A stretch of 64,000 nucleotides of DNA. Origin: Meiothermus sp. Lineage in GTDB: Bacteria; Deinococcota; Deinococci; Deinococcales; Thermaceae. The DNA lies in assembly GCA_033762915.1 (NCBI GenBank), contig JANRLD010000002.1, forward strand, positions 1-64,000, written 5' to 3'. Below, piece after piece: positions 25,880 to 37,759 of the stretch (the stretch's first letter is position 1; each line of letters starts with the position of its first letter). A model generated the notes under the pieces. It did no database searches. It saw only the letters and a list, made by a program, of their open reading frames with translations, and was not told the DNA's origin. A program made the translations under genes and the position numbers.

Positions 25880-27049
25880 TCAGGGCCCGGCGGGTGCGAA
25901 GCGGGATAGGCTGAAGGGGCTGAGGTCGAGGGGAGCCGCGCCCGCCACGGCCCACGCCGCCATGGCCTCGCCCACCGCCGCCGAGTGCTTGAAGCCGTGC
26001 CCCGAGCAGGGCGAGGCGATCAGCACCCGCTCGCTGTCGGGGTGTCGGTCGAGGATGAAGTCGCCGTCTGGGGTTGAGGTGTAAAGGCAGGTCGCGGACT
26101 GGTGCGGCCGGCCCTTGAGCCCGAGCAAACGACCCCGGGCGTGGGCCTCGAACATCCGCTCGGCTTCTGCGTCGGCAACCGCGCGCTCGGCGTCGTCGGG
26201 GGACGTGGAGACTTGGTCCTGCTCGGTGGCGATCTTGACCCCCGACCCCACGTCGGGGAAGCCGTAGAAGTGCTGGCCGTCGTACTCGCCGTGGGTCCAG
26301 ATGAAGATGGGGAAGCGCCCTGGCGCGTACTGTTCGGGCTGCTCGGCCTCGAACCAGAACAGTACCTGTCGGTAGACCCGAACCGCCCTGGTCAGCGGCT
26401 CGCCCAGCAGCTCGGCTACCCACGGCCCGGCGCTCACGATCACCCGGTCGGCGTGGTGGGTGGCGAGGTCGGTTTGTACCGTTACCCCGTCTTTTTCGGC
26501 CGCCACCCGTAACACCCTCTCCCCGGTGCGCACGGCGGCCCCCAGCCCTATTGCCTGCTCGAGCTGCACCTCCACGCAGCGCTCGGGGTAGACCAGCCCG
26601 GCCCCCGGCTCCCAGTAACCGCGCTCCTCATCGCGCAGGCCCAGCTGGGGAAAGCGCTCGGCGATCTGGGCCGTATCCAACAACTCGTGCTCGATCCCGA
26701 AGGCCCGGGCGGCCCGGATGGTACGGTTGAGGAACTCGGGCTTGGAGTGGTGGGTGGCCTTGCCGGTCTTGCCGCTCAGGATCAAACCCCCGCAGGCCAG
26801 GAAAAGCTCCCGGCCGCTGATCGCCTCGAGTTCGCGCCAAATCTGGTGCGAACGCAGCACGAAGGGCACGTACGCCTCCCCCTCCCCGATGGCCTGCCGG
26901 GTAATGCGGGTCTCGCCGTGGCTGGAGCCGTACACGTGCGGCGGGCGAAAGCGGTCAACCCCGACCGCCTTGGCGCCCCGCCGGGCCAGCTGATACAGTG
27001 CCGCACTCCCCATCGCGCCCAGCCCCACCACCAGTACGTCGGCGTTCAT
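25880..27049 (-). CDS. solA: N-methyl-L-tryptophan/monomeric sarcosine oxidase family
   Basis: GLGAMGS, GSSHGETRI, CLYTSTPD, SGHGFK. Confidence 0.9.
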   Translation of the reverse strand: MNADVLVVGLGAMGSAALYQLARRGAKAVGVDRFRPPHVYGSSHGETRITRQAIGEGEAYVPFVLRSHQIWRELEAISGRELFLACGGLILSGKTGKATHHSKPEFLNRTIRAARAFGIEHELLDTAQIAERFPQLGLRDEERGYWEPGAGLVYPERCVEVQLEQAIGLGAAVRTGERVLRVAAEKDGVTVQTDLATHHADRVIVSAGPWVAELLGEPLTRAVRVYRQVLFWFEAEQPEQYAPGRFPIFIWTHGEYDGQHFYGFPDVGSGVKIATEQDQVSTSPDDAERAVADAEAERMFEAHARGRLLGLKGRPHQSATCLYTSTPDGDFILDRHPDSERVLIASPCSGHGFKHSAAVGEAMAAWAVAGAAPLDLSPFSLSRFAPAGP

Positions 27050-27247
27050 GGGTAGATGATACGGTTTTTGCTATCCAAGGTCGGCGGGTGAGGGGTCAAG
27101 GCTGCGGGTGGTCGGCCGCGTCGCAGCGTTCGACTTTTCAAACCCCCCCTCTGCCGTCAGCCGCGAACGAAACGATGCCCGTAACTCCAAGTTTCGCCTC
27201 GTTATGGACCGCCCCAACGCCCCCCTGGCCCTGTATCTTCGGGGAGT

Positions 27248-28375
27248 ATGACCGCGTTTATCAAAGCCTGGGCCTATGCAGCCGGTGGGCGCGACCTGCG
27301 AATCGACTTTCTGCGCGGGTTTTGCCTGCTGGTCATGATGATCGACCACATGGAGGGCCAGTCCTACCTTTACGCCCTGACCGGCAAGGGGAACTTCTAC
27401 CTCAGCGCTGCCGAGGGCTTTTATCTGATCTCGGGGCTGACGCTGGGGCTGGTGGTGGCCAGGGCGGGCCTGATCCAGGCCGTAGGGCGCACCCTCTCGA
27501 GGGCCCTGGTGATCTACCGCACCGCCGTGCTGATGGCCTTCGGGTTCGCGCTGGTAAGCCACCTGGGCTATAGCGTCTGGGCCGATAAGTGGGAAGGCCG
27601 CGTCCTGGGTGAATATGTGCCCCAGGTCCTGACCCTGGGCACCGGCTTTAGCGGCTCGCAAATACTGTCGCTGTACGTGCTGTTCATGCTGCTGGCCCCG
27701 CTGGCGCTGTGGTTCTTGTACCAGCGCAAGCCCTGGCACGTGCTGGGGGCCTCGGCGGCCCTATACATCCTGGCCCAGTTCAACCCCGGGGCGGTCAACC
27801 CCATGATCCAGAGCTTGTTCCTGCCCGCTAGCTGGCAGTTGCTATTCTTCTTCGGGCTGACCATCGGCTTTAACTTCGTGGCCCTGAGCCGGTGGTGGGC
27901 CGGGCGTCCGCTGCTGCGCGGGGTGCTGGGGGCCGCCGTGGTGGGGCTGGCCACCGCCTTGCTGGTTGGCTTCGTGCTGGGCCACAAGCTCTACCCCGGC
28001 CTGAGCCTGGGCGAAGAGAACCAGTTCGTGCTCACCCCGCTGCGGCTGGCCCTCAGCGCCCTCTTCATCCAGGCCTTCTTTCTGCTGACGACCTGGCTGT
28101 GGCGGCCCCTCAGCGCGGCACTGGGCTGGCTGCTGATTCCGCTGGGCTCGGCCTCGCTGTGGACTTTCGTGGGCCACATGGTGGTGATCGCGGTGCTGTG
28201 GAACGTGGACTTGCTGCCCCAGGCGCTGTTCGACCAGAACCCGGTGCTGGCGGGGACCCTCGAGCAGGCCCTGGGCATCCTGGCCATCTGGGTCTCGATC
28301 ACCGCCTACCGCCGGGTGCGGCTGATGCTGGGCGCGCCGAAGGTCCAGGCCAGGCAGGTCACAGCGGAGCCCTGA
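27248..28375 (+). CDS. OpgC-family membrane acyltransferase
   Basis: RDLRIDFLRG, IDH, AAEGF..ISG, SWQLLF; multiple TM segments. Confidence 0.8.
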   Translation: MTAFIKAWAYAAGGRDLRIDFLRGFCLLVMMIDHMEGQSYLYALTGKGNFYLSAAEGFYLISGLTLGLVVARAGLIQAVGRTLSRALVIYRTAVLMAFGFALVSHLGYSVWADKWEGRVLGEYVPQVLTLGTGFSGSQILSLYVLFMLLAPLALWFLYQRKPWHVLGASAALYILAQFNPGAVNPMIQSLFLPASWQLLFFFGLTIGFNFVALSRWWAGRPLLRGVLGAAVVGLATALLVGFVLGHKLYPGLSLGEENQFVLTPLRLALSALFIQAFFLLTTWLWRPLSAALGWLLIPLGSASLWTFVGHMVVIAVLWNVDLLPQALFDQNPVLAGTLEQALGILAIWVSITAYRRVRLMLGAPKVQARQVTAEP

Positions 28376-28385
28376 AGGCCCGCGC

Positions 28386-29357
28386 TCACGGCTCCAGAAT
28401 CACCTTGCCGGTATTTTTGCGGCTGTGGATGAACTCGAAGGCCTGGCGGGCCTGCTCGAGTTTGAACCGCTCACCCACCACCGGCTTGACTTGGCCTGAG
28501 GCCAACAGGGGGGCCAGGAACTGGCTGGCCTCTTGCATCAGGGCGCTGTCCTGGGTGAAGGGGGTCAGCCAGACCCCGATCACGCTCTGGTTGCCCTTCA
28601 TCAGCGCAACCGGGTGCATTTGGGCCATCTCGCGCGAGGCCGAGCCGATCACCAGCAGGCGGCCCCGGTAGGCCAGCATCCGCAGGCTCTGGGCGAACTG
28701 TGGCCCGCCCACCACCTCGGTGATGATGTCCGCGCCCCTGCCATCGGTAGCCTTTTTAATCTCGTCCACCAGGTCGTCGCGGGTGTTGAGCAGGGTCAGG
28801 TCGGCCCCCAGGCTGCGGCACAGCTCGAGCTTCTCCTCGCTGCTGGCCAGCGCGATCACCCGCAGCCCCAGGGCCTTGGCGGTCTGGATCGAGGCCGTCC
28901 CCAAGGCCCCGGCGGCGGCCTGCACCACCACCCACTCGCCCGCCTGGGCGCGGGCCTGGGTCACCAGGGCGAAGTAGGCGGTGTAGTAGGAGACCGGCAC
29001 CGCGGCGGCCTCGGCCGCGCTGAGGTTGGGCGGGACGGGCAGCACCGACCTGGCGCTCACGGTGGCGTACTCGGCGAAGGCCCCGCTGCCGCCCAGCGCC
29101 GCCACCAGCTGGCCTTTTTCCAGCCCGCGAACTTCCGAGCCGACCTCCTCCACCAGGCCCGCGAACTCCATGCCGGGGATCATGGGAACCCTGGTGCGGG
29201 TCAGGTACTCCCCCGCCACGTAGAGCACGTCGGCGAAGTTGATCCCCACCGCCTTGACCCGAAGCAGCACCTCGTGCGGCTTGGGGCTGGGCTTGGGCAG
29301 GTCGGTAAGCTCGAGAACCTCGGGGCCGCCGGTGCGCTGGACTTGGATGGCTTTCAC
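28386..29357 (-). CDS. NADPH:quinone oxidoreductase (MDR family)
   Basis: GINFAD, PGMEFAG, AAAGALG, GKVIL. Confidence 0.92.
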   Translation of the reverse strand: MKAIQVQRTGGPEVLELTDLPKPSPKPHEVLLRVKAVGINFADVLYVAGEYLTRTRVPMIPGMEFAGLVEEVGSEVRGLEKGQLVAALGGSGAFAEYATVSARSVLPVPPNLSAAEAAAVPVSYYTAYFALVTQARAQAGEWVVVQAAAGALGTASIQTAKALGLRVIALASSEEKLELCRSLGADLTLLNTRDDLVDEIKKATDGRGADIITEVVGGPQFAQSLRMLAYRGRLLVIGSASREMAQMHPVALMKGNQSVIGVWLTPFTQDSALMQEASQFLAPLLASGQVKPVVGERFKLEQARQAFEFIHSRKNTGKVILEP

Positions 29358-29494
29358 GCCTCAAGCATATTGGGTATGGCGGGCGGGGAAAAGCGGCAAG
29401 GTCGGGAATGGCCGATGGGCCGGCCCTGCGCCGCCCGGGCCGAACCGTGACCCCGTGCTTTGCTGTCGGCGGATGCGCCGTTAAACTTAGGGCA

Positions 29495-30808
29495 ATGGCG
29501 AAATCGGCGACGCAGTACCGCTGCACCGAGTGCAGCTATAAATCGGTGAAGGAACTGGGGCGCTGCCCCAACTGCGGGGCCTGGGGCAGCTTCAAGGAGG
29601 AGGTCGGCGAGGTCAGGGCGGCCGCCACGGGCGGGCTGCGCGCCCAGGCCAGGGTGCGGCCCGACCCGGGGGCCATCACCCGGCTGGCCGACGTGAACCC
29701 CGGCGCCGAGGAGCGCTTTACCAGCCGCATCGCCGAGCTGGACCGGGTGCTGGGCGGGGGCTTTGTGCCGGGGGAGGTGCTGCTGCTGGGCGGTGAGCCG
29801 GGGGTGGGCAAGAGCACCATCCTGCTCCAGGTGTCCAACCACATGCTGGCTTCGGGGCGTCGGGTGGTCTACCTGGCAGGCGAGGAGTCGCCGGGGCAGA
29901 TTCGGCTGCGGGCCGAGCGGCTGGGGGTAGGGGGCAACCTCGAGCTGCTGCGCGAGACCACCCTCGAGACCATCCTGGCGACCCTCGAGGCCTCCCCGCC
30001 GGACTTCCTGATCGTGGACTCGATCCAGACCCTCGAGACCACCTCGGCCCCCGGCTCGCTGGTGGCGGTGCGCGACTCCACGGCGGCCCTGACCAAGTTC
30101 GCCAAGAACCACCGGGTGACCACGGTGCTGGTGGGGCACGTCACCAAGGAGGGGGTGGTGGCCGGGCCGAAGGTGATCGAGCACGTGGTGGACGCCACCC
30201 TCTACCTCGAGACCGCCGGAAACTTCCGGGTGCTGCGCAGCACCAAGAACCGCTTCGGGCCGGTGGGCGAGATGGGGGTCTTCAGCATGGTCAACGAGGG
30301 CATGGAGGAGGTGCCCAACCCCTCAGCGGCTTTCCTGGCCGAGCGGCCGGCGGGGGCCCCCGGGTCGGTGGTGGCCCTGACCCTCTCGGGCGAGCGAGCG
30401 CTGGCCCTGGAGGTGCAGGCCCTGGCCGCCAAGACCCCCTTCCCTGCGCCTCGCCGGGTCGCGCAGGGGCTGGACAGCCGCCGGGTGGATGTGGTGCTGG
30501 CGGTGCTCGAGCGCCGCCTGGGCCTTAGCCTGGGGACCCTGGACATCTACGTGAACCTGGCGGGCGGTCTACGGGTCTTCGACCCCGGTCTGGACCTGGC
30601 GGTGGGGCTGGCGGTCTACTCGGCGGTGGTGGGGAAACCGCTGCCGGAGGGGCTGGCGGTGGTGGGCGAGGTCGGGCTGGCGGGGGAATTGCGCAGCGTG
30701 GAAGGGCTGGAACGGCGTTTGCGGGAGGGGAAAAGGGCCGGATTTACTCAATTGGCACACCCTCCGCTGTATAAAAGCTTAGAATCAGCGGTAGGGAAAT
30801 ACCTATGA
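29495..30808 (+). CDS. radA: DNA repair protein RadA/Sms
   Basis: C4 zinc finger, [18 protein letters not shown] 29495 preceded by TAAACT-N7. Confidence 0.96.
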   Translation: MAKSATQYRCTECSYKSVKELGRCPNCGAWGSFKEEVGEVRAAATGGLRAQARVRPDPGAITRLADVNPGAEERFTSRIAELDRVLGGGFVPGEVLLLGGEPGVGKSTILLQVSNHMLASGRRVVYLAGEESPGQIRLRAERLGVGGNLELLRETTLETILATLEASPPDFLIVDSIQTLETTSAPGSLVAVRDSTAALTKFAKNHRVTTVLVGHVTKEGVVAGPKVIEHVVDATLYLETAGNFRVLRSTKNRFGPVGEMGVFSMVNEGMEEVPNPSAAFLAERPAGAPGSVVALTLSGERALALEVQALAAKTPFPAPRRVAQGLDSRRVDVVLAVLERRLGLSLGTLDIYVNLAGGLRVFDPGLDLAVGLAVYSAVVGKPLPEGLAVVGEVGLAGELRSVEGLERRLREGKRAGFTQLAHPPLYKSLESAVGKYL

Positions 30809-31854
30809 TCGCGGTGCGATGGCTCTTATACCTGATTTTTGCTTATCTCGGCTACCTGCTGGGCGTGGTGCTCGAGCAGTCCCAGGCCATTTCTTCCAAC
30901 ACCCTCCCGGTCATTGGCTCGACCAACCGGCTGTTCCTGGCCATCTTTGGGGTGCTGGTGGGGGCGCTTCTGATTCCCCGGCTGCTGCCCTGGCTGCAGA
31001 CGCAGTGGGATCGCGGACAGGTCTTCATGCGGAAGCTGCCCCCGGAGATCGGGGTGGCGGTGACGGTGGCCTCGGGCATCGGGCTGTTGTTGGCGGTGCT
31101 GCTGACCAACCTGCTCTCGCAGATCGAGGGCTTCTCGGCCTGGCACTCCATCGTGATCGCGCTGGTGCTGATCCTCTCGCTCTCGGCCTTCGCTGTCGCC
31201 AACCGCGACTACTTCCGCCCTGTCCGTCCGACCCCCGCCCCCAGCAAGCCGCGCGGCGGAAAGGTTCTCGACACCTCAGTGCTGATCGACGGGCGCATCG
31301 GCGAGATTGCCGAGATGGGCTTCCTGGACGGGCCGCTCTTCGTGCCCCGGCAGGTCTTGCGCGAGTTGCAGCTCTTCTCCGACTCCTCCGACGCGCAGAA
31401 GCGCGGCAAGGGGCGTCGCGGGCTGGACACCCTCGAGAAGCTCAAGCTGGGGGTGGGCCTCGAGGTGCTCGACTCCGTGGAGACCGACGACCCCGTGGAC
31501 GACCAGATCCTGGCGGAAGCCAAGTCCATCGGGGCCTCCCTGGTCACCAACGACCATGCCCTGGCCCAACTCTCCCGCATCTATGGGGTCAAGACCCTCT
31601 CGGTGCAGGCCCTCGCGGCGGCGCTGCGTGCCCCCCTGCAGCAGGGCGACCAGCTCTCCATCACCATCGTCAAGGAGGGCAAGGAGCCGGGGCAGGGGGT
31701 GGGCTACCTCGAGGACGGTACCATGGTGGTCGTCGACGACGCCCTCCCCTTCAAGGGCAAGGAGGTCAGCGTGACCATCACCCAGGCCATCCAGACCCAG
31801 GTCGGGCGGCTGATGTTCGGGCGGCTGCTGGCCCAGGAGTCGAGGAAGAGCTAG
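30805..31854 (+). CDS. Membrane PIN/TRAM domain protein (YacL-like)
   Basis: [37 protein letters not shown]; overlaps the radA stop. Confidence 0.9.
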   Translation: MIAVRWLLYLIFAYLGYLLGVVLEQSQAISSNTLPVIGSTNRLFLAIFGVLVGALLIPRLLPWLQTQWDRGQVFMRKLPPEIGVAVTVASGIGLLLAVLLTNLLSQIEGFSAWHSIVIALVLILSLSAFAVANRDYFRPVRPTPAPSKPRGGKVLDTSVLIDGRIGEIAEMGFLDGPLFVPRQVLRELQLFSDSSDAQKRGKGRRGLDTLEKLKLGVGLEVLDSVETDDPVDDQILAEAKSIGASLVTNDHALAQLSRIYGVKTLSVQALAAALRAPLQQGDQLSITIVKEGKEPGQGVGYLEDGTMVVVDDALPFKGKEVSVTITQAIQTQVGRLMFGRLLAQESRKS

Positions 31855-31869
31855 GCAACAGGCGGTTGG

Positions 31870-31898
31870 GCTCGGGCCGGCAGTCGGCCGGCCCGAGC
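31870..31898. terminator. GC hairpin between convergent genes
   Basis: GCTCGGGCCGGC … GCCGGCCCGAGC. Confidence 0.55.
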
Positions 31899-31913
31899 GT
31901 CGTGCCCAATTGC

Positions 31914-32819
31914 TTACCGGCGAATCTCAACCTGGCCGACCCCGCCGCTCACGCGCAGGTCAACGCGGTTGGGGGCGGTGTCGTAGCCCGGGGTCTGGTA
32001 GGTGTTGTCGTCGATGCGGGTCAGGCCAGAGGGAAGTTCGAGCCCACCCAGACCCCGGCTGACCTGGATGCGGGCCTCGAGGCCGTCCGGCAGGTCGACG
32101 CGGATCTGGCCCACACCGCCCTGTAGGTTGGCACTGTAAGACCCTTGGGCGGGCAGTTCGAGCCGCAGGGAGCCGACTCCAGACTGGACCTGCAGGCGCT
32201 CGAGGCGCAGCCCGCTCAGGTTCAACTCGCTCTCGCCCACCCCGCTCTGGAGGTTGATCGAGAGTAGCGGAACCGGCGAAAGGGCCAATTCCCAGCCCCG
32301 GTTTCCCCGGAAACTGCCGCCGCTTACGTTGCCCTCCGAGCGCAGGTTGACCACGCTAAGATCGCCCTCGGTGCGGGTGCTGGGCTCCAGACGCTCCCCC
32401 GGCAGCAACCGGGCGGTGCCGGAGACCAACAGCTCGGCCGAGCCGCTGCTGGTCAGCTCGAGCTTGGTCACCCCGGTGCGGAGATTGATCTCGGCTCTGG
32501 GGGTGCCCTGAAGCGGGATGGAGATTTTAAGCTCGCTCCCTGCCGCCCCCGGGCGGGCGTTCCAGCCGATCAGCGCGACGGCCCCCAGCACCGCCACACC
32601 GGCGATCACCGGCAGGCGCAGGGGGTTGTCGCGCAGTAGGTAATTCAGCCCCAGAACGATCAAAATCAGCGGCCAGAGCTGCCAAAGGGTGGCCAGCCAG
32701 TCCCAGCTAAACCACCCGAAATTGCCGAACAGCCAGAACACTCCCACCGCGATCAGCACAACCCCCCAGAACAGCCCGTCGCCTCTGGGGATTTTGGATT
32801 GATTGGAGTTTTGGGTCAT
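31914..32819 (-). CDS. LiaF/DUF5668-like membrane protein with beta-repeat C-terminus
   Basis: GVVLIAVGV…WQLWPLILI..G N-terminus; repeated GVG units. Confidence 0.75.
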   Translation of the reverse strand: MTQNSNQSKIPRGDGLFWGVVLIAVGVFWLFGNFGWFSWDWLATLWQLWPLILIVLGLNYLLRDNPLRLPVIAGVAVLGAVALIGWNARPGAAGSELKISIPLQGTPRAEINLRTGVTKLELTSSGSAELLVSGTARLLPGERLEPSTRTEGDLSVVNLRSEGNVSGGSFRGNRGWELALSPVPLLSINLQSGVGESELNLSGLRLERLQVQSGVGSLRLELPAQGSYSANLQGGVGQIRVDLPDGLEARIQVSRGLGGLELPSGLTRIDDNTYQTPGYDTAPNRVDLRVSGGVGQVEIRR

Positions 32820-32909
32820 GGGAACCTCCAGGTAGGGAAGAGGGAGCAGGCGTAAGACAGGTGAGGGGTGAGGGCAAAGGACAACGCACCTCGCTGCGTC
32901 TGCCCTCAG

Positions 32910-33617
32910 CTATCCGCCGGCCTTTTCGCCGCCGCTTCCCGGCTCGTCTTTAGCCTTGTACTGGTCGCCGTACGTGGTCGGGGGAACCGAGCTGCCGGTG
33001 CCGGTGGGCTGGGGCGGCAGGGGCGGGCGCGGGCGGTTTTTCATCAGCAAATACGCCCCGCCCGCCACCAGGGCCAGCGGGAGTAGGAAGCCCAGCAGCG
33101 ACTGCATGCCGTCGTTGGTGAGCAGGGCCAGCACCAGGCAGGCCGCCGCCGGGAAGACTGCCCAGCTCTGCCCGACCAGCCAGACCGCGGCGAAGGTCGC
33201 GGCCAGGCCTACGAAGAACAGCCAGCCGCCGCCCCCATTCGAGCCCTCGGTGCCCGCTACCAGGCCCAGGGTGAGCAAGGTACCCGCGGGGATCAGCGCC
33301 CACCAGTAGTCGCGGCGCATAAGGTAGACCGCCAGAAAGCCCAGCCCGATGGCCCCCAGGAAGACCCCGCCGCCCCAGTTGTCGCCGAACAGCGGCTCGA
33401 AGAGGATCAGGGTGCCCAGGCCCAGCAGGGTGAAGCCGGGGATGAAGGGCCACCACTGCCCCTGATTGGCCCGCTGGTAGGCCAGAAAGCCTGCCCCCGC
33501 TGCGATAAACAAGGCCCCCCAAATCCAGCCGGCCAGGTTGAGGCCGAGGTTTTGCAATAGGAACAGCACCCCCAGCCCCAGCAAACCCCAGCCCCACAGT
33601 TGCGTGTTTCGGTTCAT
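32910..33617 (-). CDS. Multi-pass membrane protein, uncharacterized
   Basis: Repeated WW..IP.G.L TM hairpins; GAGGAGG RBS before ATG 33617. Confidence 0.75.
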   Translation of the reverse strand: MNRNTQLWGWGLLGLGVLFLLQNLGLNLAGWIWGALFIAAGAGFLAYQRANQGQWWPFIPGFTLLGLGTLILFEPLFGDNWGGGVFLGAIGLGFLAVYLMRRDYWWALIPAGTLLTLGLVAGTEGSNGGGGWLFFVGLAATFAAVWLVGQSWAVFPAAACLVLALLTNDGMQSLLGFLLPLALVAGGAYLLMKNRPRPPLPPQPTGTGSSVPPTTYGDQYKAKDEPGSGGEKAGG

Positions 33618-33966
33618 ACCACCCTCCTCGAGCTCCACGGTACGTCATGGGCGGGGAGTCGACCATTGACTTTAGTCATACCTCGAGCGCCGAATGCCGA
33701 CTGCCAACCCCGCACGGCCAAAGTCTCCCCCGCAATCATTACAGGTCGATTACAGGGTTGCCTCGGTCGTTCGGCTGACCTGGGGCGCTCTGGGTAGAAC
33801 CTGCCGCACCACCGGGTAGCCCGGCGGGCTTTGAGGTTTTCTCGCCGCCGCCAAGCTCCCCCAGAGCAGCGCGCCGCCAGCGGGGGGTGCGGAGCCTCAT
33901 TCGCTTGACCGGGCTCACTGGGGGGACTTACCAGCCGCACTCTTTCCCGCTCTCGCCCGCTCCCTT

Positions 33967-34059
33967 TCGCGTTTCCCACCCTTAACCTCCCTCGCGGTGG
34001 CAGGTAATGTACTCCCTACGGCGGTTTTTGCTGTAGGGAGTATGCGTGGGAACCGCTCT
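33967..34059 (-). mobile_element. MITE-like element, family A
   Basis: TCGCGTTTCCCAC … GTGGGAACCGCTCT; matches the 51870 copy apart from an internal deletion. Confidence 0.8.
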
Positions 34060-34187
34060 TAGCCCCGCTCCGGTCTCCCAGCCCCCAAACCCGGTGTACT
34101 TATTGCACTCCAAAACCTGCCCCACTGGGTAAACAAACCTCGAGAGGACCGTATAATGCACAGCGGCAGAATTAAGGAGAGCGAACC

Positions 34188-35318
34188 GTGAATCTACACG
34201 AATACCAAGCCAAGGACATCCTGGCCCGCTACGGGATTCCCGTGCCTCCGGGCAAGGTCGCCTACACCCCCGACGAGGCCAAGCAGATCGCCAGCGAGTA
34301 CGGCGACCTGGTGGTGATAAAGGCCCAGGTTCACACCGGCGGGCGCGGTAAGGCGGGCGGGGTCAAGCTGGCCCGGAGCCCCGAGGAGGCCAGAGAGAAG
34401 GCCGGTCAGATTTTGGGCCTGGACATCAAGGGCTTCATCACCAAGAAGGTGCTGGTGGCCAAGGGGATCAACATCGCCAAGGAGTACTACGCTGGGATGA
34501 TCCTCGACCGGGTGACCCAGCGGGTGGTGCTGATGCTCTCCAAGGAAGGCGGCGTGGACATCGAGGAGGTGGCCGCTACCCGCCCCTACGCCCTCATCAA
34601 ATACCCCATCAACCCCGCCACCGGCCTGCGTCCCTTCGAGGCCAGGGAGCTGGTCAAGCGGGCTGGGATGGAGGGTAACCTCAACAAGCTGGCCGACCTG
34701 CTGGTGAAACTCTACCAGGCCTACGTCGGCATTGACGCCTCCACCGCCGAAATCAACCCGCTGGTCATCACCGATACCGGCGAGGTGGTTGCCGCCGACG
34801 CCAAGATCGTGCTCGACGACAACGCGCTCTACCGCCACCCCGACCTCACGCCGCTGCGGGAGTTCGAGGCCGAGCACCCGCTCGAGGTTGAGGCCTCCAA
34901 CTACGGCTTCAGCTACGTCAAACTCGACGGCTCGGTGGGTGTGATCGGCAACGGCGCGGGCCTGGTGATGTACACCCTCGACCTGGTGCAGCGCACCGGA
35001 GGCAAGGCCGCCAACTTCCTCGACATTGGCGGAGGAGCCAAGGCCGACATTGTGTACAACGCGGTCAAGGTGGTGATGAAAGACCCCGACGTGAAGGGCC
35101 TGTTCATCAACATCTTTGGCGGCATCACGAGGGCCGACGAGGTGGCCAAGGGCGTGATCCGGGCCATCGAGGACGGTATCCTCACCAAGCCGGTGGCCAT
35201 GCGCGTGGCCGGCACCGCCGAGGAGGAAGCCAAGGCGCTCCTCAAGGGCCGCCCGGTCTACATGTACCCCACCTCGGTGGAAGCGGCTAAGGCCGTCATC
35301 GAGATGACCAAGAACTGA
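34188..35318 (+). CDS. sucC: Succinyl-CoA synthetase beta subunit
   Basis: [32 protein letters not shown]. Confidence 0.98.
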   Translation: MNLHEYQAKDILARYGIPVPPGKVAYTPDEAKQIASEYGDLVVIKAQVHTGGRGKAGGVKLARSPEEAREKAGQILGLDIKGFITKKVLVAKGINIAKEYYAGMILDRVTQRVVLMLSKEGGVDIEEVAATRPYALIKYPINPATGLRPFEARELVKRAGMEGNLNKLADLLVKLYQAYVGIDASTAEINPLVITDTGEVVAADAKIVLDDNALYRHPDLTPLREFEAEHPLEVEASNYGFSYVKLDGSVGVIGNGAGLVMYTLDLVQRTGGKAANFLDIGGGAKADIVYNAVKVVMKDPDVKGLFINIFGGITRADEVAKGVIRAIEDGILTKPVAMRVAGTAEEEAKALLKGRPVYMYPTSVEAAKAVIEMTKN

Positions 35319-35390
35319 GGGCTTAGGGTTTGGGACTTAGGGCTTAGATTTCCGTTGTTCCCTGTTCCCCTCCTTGTTCCTTGTTCCCCA
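35319..35390. repeat. Heptamer micro-repeats between sucC and sucD
   Basis: GGGCTTA-like x4, then TGTTCCC-like x4. Confidence 0.7.
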
Positions 35391-35404
35391 AACCGGAGGT
35401 TTGA

Positions 35405-36277
35405 GTGAGCATCCTAGTCAATAAAGATACCAACGTAATCGTCCAGGGCATCACCGGGCGCGAAGGGGCCTTCCACGCCGAGGCCATGATGAAGGCCGGA
35501 ACCAAGGTGGTGGCGGGCGTGACCCCTGGCAAGGGCGGCCAGACCACCCTGGGCGTGCAGGTCTATGACACCGTGAAGGAGGCGGCGGTGCACCACCACA
35601 TCGACGCCTCGATCATCTTTGTGCCCGCAGGCGGGGCCGCCGACGCCGCGCTCGAGGCCGCCCACGCCGGGGTTCCCCTGGTGGTGCTCATCACCGAGGG
35701 CATCCCCACCATGGACATGGTGAAGGCCGTGGCCGAGATCAAGAGCCTGGGCAACGTGCGCCTGATCGGCGGCAACTGCCCCGGCCTGATCACCCCCGAG
35801 GAGTGCAAGCTGGGCATCATGCCCGCCAGCGTGTTCAAGAAGGGCCGCGTCGGCCTCATTTCCCGCTCCGGCACCGTCACCTACGAAACCGCCAAGGCCC
35901 TCTCCGACGCTGGCTACGGCATCTCGACCTGCATCGGCATCGGTGGCGACCCCATCATCGGCACCACCTTCAAAGACCTGCTGCCGATGTTCAACGACGA
36001 CCCCGAGACCCACGCCGTGGTGGTCTGCGGCGAGATCGGTGGCTCCGATGAGGAGGACGCCGCCGCCTACGTCAAGGAGTACATGAGCAAGCCGGTGGTG
36101 GGCTTCATCGGCGGGCGCAGTGCGCCCAAGGGCAAGAAGATGGGCCACGCGGGTGCGATCATCAGCGGCAACGTGGGCACACCCGAGAGCAAGCTGGCCG
36201 CCTTCGCCGACGCCGAAGTGCCGGTGGCCGACACCATCGACGAGATCGTGGAGTACGTGCGGGCCAAGCTGGGGTAG
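35405..36277 (+). CDS. sucD: Succinyl-CoA synthetase alpha subunit
   Basis: QGITG, NCPG, SRSGT, MGHAGA. Confidence 0.98.
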   Translation: MSILVNKDTNVIVQGITGREGAFHAEAMMKAGTKVVAGVTPGKGGQTTLGVQVYDTVKEAAVHHHIDASIIFVPAGGAADAALEAAHAGVPLVVLITEGIPTMDMVKAVAEIKSLGNVRLIGGNCPGLITPEECKLGIMPASVFKKGRVGLISRSGTVTYETAKALSDAGYGISTCIGIGGDPIIGTTFKDLLPMFNDDPETHAVVVCGEIGGSDEEDAAAYVKEYMSKPVVGFIGGRSAPKGKKMGHAGAIISGNVGTPESKLAAFADAEVPVADTIDEIVEYVRAKLG

Positions 36278-36293
36278 AAATCTAGAAGTTAAC

Positions 36294-36327
36294 AAAGCGC
36301 TCGAGTTGAAATAGCTCGAGCGCTTTT
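36294..36327 (+). terminator. Intrinsic terminator after sucD
   Basis: AAAGCGCTCGAG … CTCGAGCGCTTTT. Confidence 0.8.
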
Positions 36328-36333
36328 CCTGAA

Positions 36334-36449
36334 AAGTTGCGCCATAGTGAGATTGCAGGACTTCAGCACAGCCTCATCAGCGAGCGGCTTGTGGGCGCAA
36401 TTGCCCGATCTATCGGTGAGTGCGGATGCTGCAATTCCACGGAGATACT
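36334..36449 (+). mobile_element. Palindromic dispersed element, family C
   Basis: Nearly identical to 59283-59402 (about 4 substitutions and a 3-nt indel by eye); imperfect ~25-bp terminal inverted repeats. Confidence 0.85.
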
Positions 36450-36523
36450 AAATCACTCTGGTGCTCTTTCAGTCTCGAAAACTTATCCAACAGGGTTCGG
36501 GTCGCCCACCACATTTGGTCTTG

Positions 36524-36660
36524 ACAGCCTTTCCCACGAATGGCCCGCACATAGAGGCTCGGATGTGCGGGTTAGGGGTACAGTACGCCCGCTGTAACGA
36601 GCTCTTCAGGGCATCACCGGGTGAGGCGTAATGGTGGGAACTGCTTATGTGGGAACAGTT
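36524..36660. mobile_element. MITE-like element, subfamily B
   Basis: Reverse-complement homologue of 19753-19858 with an extra GTGGGAAC end. Confidence 0.72.
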
Positions 36661-36776
36661 TCCAGAGTTCCAAATCCAGCCACGTTAAGCTGCCTTATGA
36701 AAGCATGTATACCAAAGCGCTACTTCACTTCAGACGCTTCGTTTGAGCTGGAGGCTTCATCGAGCCCGCCCCGGCC

Positions 36777-37739
36777 CTACCGTACCTTGATGGGCTTCTC
36801 GCCTTCGGGGAAGGCGTAGCGCAGGCGCATCAGGAGGTCCTGGGGGTAGTTGCCAAAGCGCCGCCCGAAGAGGTTGATGCCGCCCACGTGGCGGGCCTCG
36901 GGCTTAATGCCCAGGCGCACCTCGATGTGGTTGGCGGCCTCGAGCTTGAGGTCGCGCACCCTTATCTTGGAGAGCGGCTCGCCGTCGATGAAGGAGCCCT
37001 CCCCGTTGACCCGCCAGCGCTTGAGCACCCCGTACTGGGTCTGGTCGTCGGGCCACCAGGCTGGGGTCAGGTTGCCCTTGGCGCCGCCGAAGTCGCCGGG
37101 GGAAGTCCAGGTGCCGATCTCCACCCCGTTGATCCACAAGGTGATGTCGGAGGGCCAGTCGGGGTCGTACTGGGGGGCCTCGGAGCACAGCTCGGCGGAG
37201 AACTCGAGTTCGGTCGTCCGGGCCCCCCTGGGGACGTTGTTGGGGAAGGCGTACTCCACGTAGCCCCGCCCAAACCACAGGAGTTGGGCGTAGACGTGCT
37301 CGGGCTCGTAGAAGCTGCGCACGTCGTCGAGCATCCCGATGAACTTGCCTTCCGAGGCCAGCCCGCAGGTCGGCCAGACCTCGCAGCGCTGGTAGTTGCC
37401 GATGGGCATGGAGATTTCCACCACCTCCTGGTCGGCCTCCACCGCCACACCGGGCAGCTTGACCAGGATCTCGTCGTAGCGCTTGGCCACGATCTTCTGC
37501 GAGCCGCGGGTGCCCGGCACGTACTGCACCACCAGGAGCCCGGCCTCCTCGAGCATCTTGAGGTTGGTGCTCACGGTGGAGTGGGCCATGTTGAGGGCCT
37601 CGGCCAGCTCCGAGACGTTCATGCCCTCGTGCGAGAGCAGGCTGAAGATCAGCATCCGACTGTCGGAGTCCAGGGCCCGCAGCACTGCTTGGGCGCGCTC
37701 CCCTTCCACGACCAGACGGCGATTCCCCGACGTGGGCAT
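36777..37739 (-). CDS. ArsR-type HTH regulator with C-terminal putative sugar-binding domain
   Basis: N-terminal NVSELAEAL…STVS..L..LEEAGL; WTSPGDFGG..G.LTP.WW; divergent from the sugar operon. Confidence 0.85.
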   Translation of the reverse strand: MPTSGNRRLVVEGERAQAVLRALDSDSRMLIFSLLSHEGMNVSELAEALNMAHSTVSTNLKMLEEAGLLVVQYVPGTRGSQKIVAKRYDEILVKLPGVAVEADQEVVEISMPIGNYQRCEVWPTCGLASEGKFIGMLDDVRSFYEPEHVYAQLLWFGRGYVEYAFPNNVPRGARTTELEFSAELCSEAPQYDPDWPSDITLWINGVEIGTWTSPGDFGGAKGNLTPAWWPDDQTQYGVLKRWRVNGEGSFIDGEPLSKIRVRDLKLEAANHIEVRLGIKPEARHVGGINLFGRRFGNYPQDLLMRLRYAFPEGEKPIKVR

Positions 37740-37759
37740 TAGGCCTTTCCTCTCATTCG

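Noticed and set aside
33780..33960. GC-rich intergenic stretch as a possible ncRNA (likewise about 27090-27220 and 47190-47300)
   Set aside because: Some pairing is possible but I could not match a known family or a second copy; needs an Rfam search
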